DNA from: Euglena gracilis
Lineage: Eukaryota
Length of the DNA: 64,000 bases
Direction: 5' to 3'
Assembly: GCA_039621445.1 (NCBI GenBank)
Contig: CP154954.1
Span: 22,642,954-22,706,953 of the forward strand
Shown: one piece after another, positions 61,993-64,000 of the stretch
How the letters are laid out: every line of letters starts with the position of its first letter
How positions within the stretch are numbered: the first letter of the stretch is position 1
Program-made: the position numbers and the translations under genes
The notes under the pieces: model-generated
What the model was told of the DNA's origin: nothing
What the model saw: the letters and a program-made list of their open reading frames with translations, nothing else
The model's database searches: none

Positions 61993-63264
61993 TCACAAAA
62001 GGAGTCTGGGGCGCTTGTTGTTCCGCGCTCCGGTGGTTTGTAGGCCGGGGTGGTCGAAAAGGGATGTGGGCCAGAAGCAGAGCTGGTCCCCTGGCAGGGG
62101 GGTGAAGGTGCAGAGGTCGGAGCAGGGTGGCCAAGGTAGGTGCGGTGGCCAGGGCTGCGTCGTGTCGTCAAAGCCGATGTAGTGTTGTGCTGTACGGTGT
62201 GATGACCACCTGCACCAGAGGGCGAGGGTGTCCAAGGGGCAACCAAACTGATGGAGGTATTTGGCTGTAGCCCGTCGGATGGAGTGGAAAGGGCAGTCTG
62301 CCGCTGGGGTCGTCTGGGTGACCTCCCCAAACCAGCGGTGGAGGAGGTGGTGCGGGAAGATGGGGTGGAGTGGTGCAGCTGTAGGTTGAGAGCGGAGGAG
62401 GAAGGTACACCATGCCATGATGTACAAGGGGGGTGTACGGGAGATACGGCCTTGACGGTGTGGGGGTAGTTTTTCGGGGACGAATGAGATATGTGGTGAG
62501 CCGGGGCCGAGGACGTGCAAGTCCACGGGTCGGATGGAGGCGCATTCACCCGCCCGAAGACCGAGTGACAACGCCACAAGGACGGCAACAAGGGGCCGGA
62601 AGTCGCGCCGTTCCTGGCAACGTTGTGCGATGGGAATAAGGGCCGAGATGGGAAACCACTTGCGTGCGGGTAAGGTGCGGAGCCGGTCGGCAGCGATGGA
62701 GGCGCGCCACCAAGCGGGTTCCGGCCGGAGTGGCGACCACTGGAGGGTGTAGAGGCATTGCAAGGCCGAGAGGATTCCCCTGATGGAGGAAGATGCGGCG
62801 CCCCTGCACGCCAGCTGGGAAATGTACGCTTCGACCACGAGGCGAAAAGATGCGTCCGAAGGTAAGGTGGAGCGGAATTTGTGCAGGGCGAGAAATCTTT
62901 GGCGGTATGTTCGGAGGGTAGACGGGGCCCAGGAATAAAGGATGGTGGACTGGAAGTCAGAGGGCGGAGGGGGGTGAAGTAGAAGTAGAAGCTGGCATTG
63001 CTCGAGGATGGCATCCCAGGCATAGTGGGCGGGTAGGGGGTTTTGGGTTTTGGGCGGCGGGGTTTGTAGCGGGTTGGCGTTCAGGTGAGGTTGCGGGTCG
63101 GGAGGGAGGGGATTGGGGGTCGGGTGCAAGGGGTGTGGGGCCCGTGGGCCCCCCAACCCGTCAATATTTGTGCTGTTCTGCGGGACAGTCCCAGTGCCAG
63201 TGTGGCACTTGGCATCGAAAGCAAGGTTTTGGGGGAGGGAAAGAGACGTCCCACAATGGTCCAT
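61993..63264 (-). CDS. Tyrosine recombinase with intact catalytic residues (true start uncertain)
   Basis: WAPSTLRTY, LGLRAGE, PEK, FHSIRR, CRWSS...AQHY. Confidence 0.88.
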   Translation of the reverse strand: MDHCGTSLSLPQNLAFDAKCHTGTGTVPQNSTNIDGLGGPRAPHPLHPTPNPLPPDPQPHLNANPLQTPPPKTQNPLPAHYAWDAILEQCQLLLLLHPPPPSDFQSTILYSWAPSTLRTYRQRFLALHKFRSTLPSDASFRLVVEAYISQLACRGAASSSIRGILSALQCLYTLQWSPLRPEPAWWRASIAADRLRTLPARKWFPISALIPIAQRCQERRDFRPLVAVLVALSLGLRAGECASIRPVDLHVLGPGSPHISFVPEKLPPHRQGRISRTPPLYIMAWCTFLLRSQPTAAPLHPIFPHHLLHRWFGEVTQTTPAADCPFHSIRRATAKYLHQFGCPLDTLALWCRWSSHRTAQHYIGFDDTTQPWPPHLPWPPCSDLCTFTPLPGDQLCFWPTSLFDHPGLQTTGARNNKRPRLLL

Positions 63265-63955
63265 CCTTGGCCACGTAAAATTTTCTCCCCTCCAGATAGG
63301 CGAACTTAGTCATGCCTCTACAAGTGCGTTCCTCGACCACCTGGCCACCCTTTCTGAGTACGTCGTCGGCGGTGAAGGGGGCAGGAGGATGAAATGTGGA
63401 GCGGGGGCGGTTTGGTGCGGAGTTTGTCGGCGGTGTACGAGTAGACGCACTGTCCTGGGAGAAACCACCGAAACGTTCTTTGTTGCGGAAGTAGGCGCGA
63501 ATCATGGTGTTCCAAAGAGGTATGAGGTGGGATGTCTTGTCTTCAGATATATCCGAAAAGGCGTTATGGAAAGCCGAGGCCATCTCGCGCATCCAGATGG
63601 CAGTGTCTTGCAGGTCACGGAAGCGCTGAGCACCCTCCACGGTGGGGTTGTCGCAGAACCACTCCTCCGTGATTGGGGGGGACAAGTTGCGTTCCAGCTT
63701 CAGCTTGGCCAGCTCAGTGCGGAGGGCGAGCAACTCCGAGTTTTGTGGGCGAGCTTCCCAAACAAAGTTATTGTGTTGGTGTAGGAGGGTGGATTCGGTG
63801 TACAGTTCATAGGCGCAGCACTTCATCAAAAAGTCGGGGATGTCCGGGCTCAAACCAGTGCTCACAAGTAATTGGGCAACCCAATCTGAAGGCCACTTTG
63901 AGGATCTGCTTTTAAGGTTAACGACAGCCCGGGCAAGTTGGACGGAATCGGCCAC
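63161..63955 (-). CDS. Gag-like ORF with C-terminal zinc knuckle (may start outside window)
   Basis: CFRCQVPHWHWDC; overlaps the YR ORF. Confidence 0.7.
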   Translation of the reverse strand: MADSVQLARAVVNLKSRSSKWPSDWVAQLLVSTGLSPDIPDFLMKCCAYELYTESTLLHQHNNFVWEARPQNSELLALRTELAKLKLERNLSPPITEEWFCDNPTVEGAQRFRDLQDTAIWMREMASAFHNAFSDISEDKTSHLIPLWNTMIRAYFRNKERFGGFSQDSASTRTPPTNSAPNRPRSTFHPPAPFTADDVLRKGGQVVEERTCRGMTKFAYLEGRKFYVAKDGPLWDVSFPPPKPCFRCQVPHWHWDCPAEQHKY

Positions 63956-64000
63956 GGTGATGAAATCCGTAGCACAAGCGCTGACGAATGTGGTGAATGG

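Larger units (their letters stand above)
58411..64000 (-). mobile_element. VIPER/TATE-like YR retrotransposon (gag-YR-RT-RH), 5' end outside window, RH split by a ~1.3 kb insertion
   Basis: ORF order; 48-bp direct repeats at 58411-58458 and 58694-58741 resemble split direct repeats. Confidence 0.75.

Overview
Repeat-dense eukaryotic nuclear DNA, very probably from a euglenid. The Euglena-type spliced-leader exon is present at 50920-50944 (-), and the only host gene (11846-19421, +; CCHC zinc knuckles plus an RS/RE-rich tail) has non-GT-AG introns with base-paired ends (N3-CAG...CTG-N5/6). The rest is nested mobile DNA. 1-8929: a (GA)n-punctuated chain of Penelope-like elements whose ORFs carry articulin-like VPV repeats and GEAxxPGP motifs. 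20271-24943: a DIRS element (gag, RT, RH, MTase, YR, with ITR/ICR). 26301-41995: an LTR element with a triplicated tRNA-iMet PBS, whose pol region is occupied by a 7.4 kb, 91-bp satellite with a ~1670-bp higher-order repeat. 41996-42265: an EF-1alpha relic. 42949-52358: three CRE/SLACS-like non-LTR copies, the full-length one SL-capped and encoding four 2A-like motifs. 56577-58395: a tyrosine recombinase-PHD gene flanked by two nested pairs of loxP/FRT-like sites and TIRs. 58411-64000: a VIPER/TATE-like gag-YR-RT-RH element. Several MITEs with 7-8 bp TSDs are interspersed. All calls come from reading motifs by eye, with no database searches. Many frameshifts sit in C/G homopolymers and may be assembly errors.
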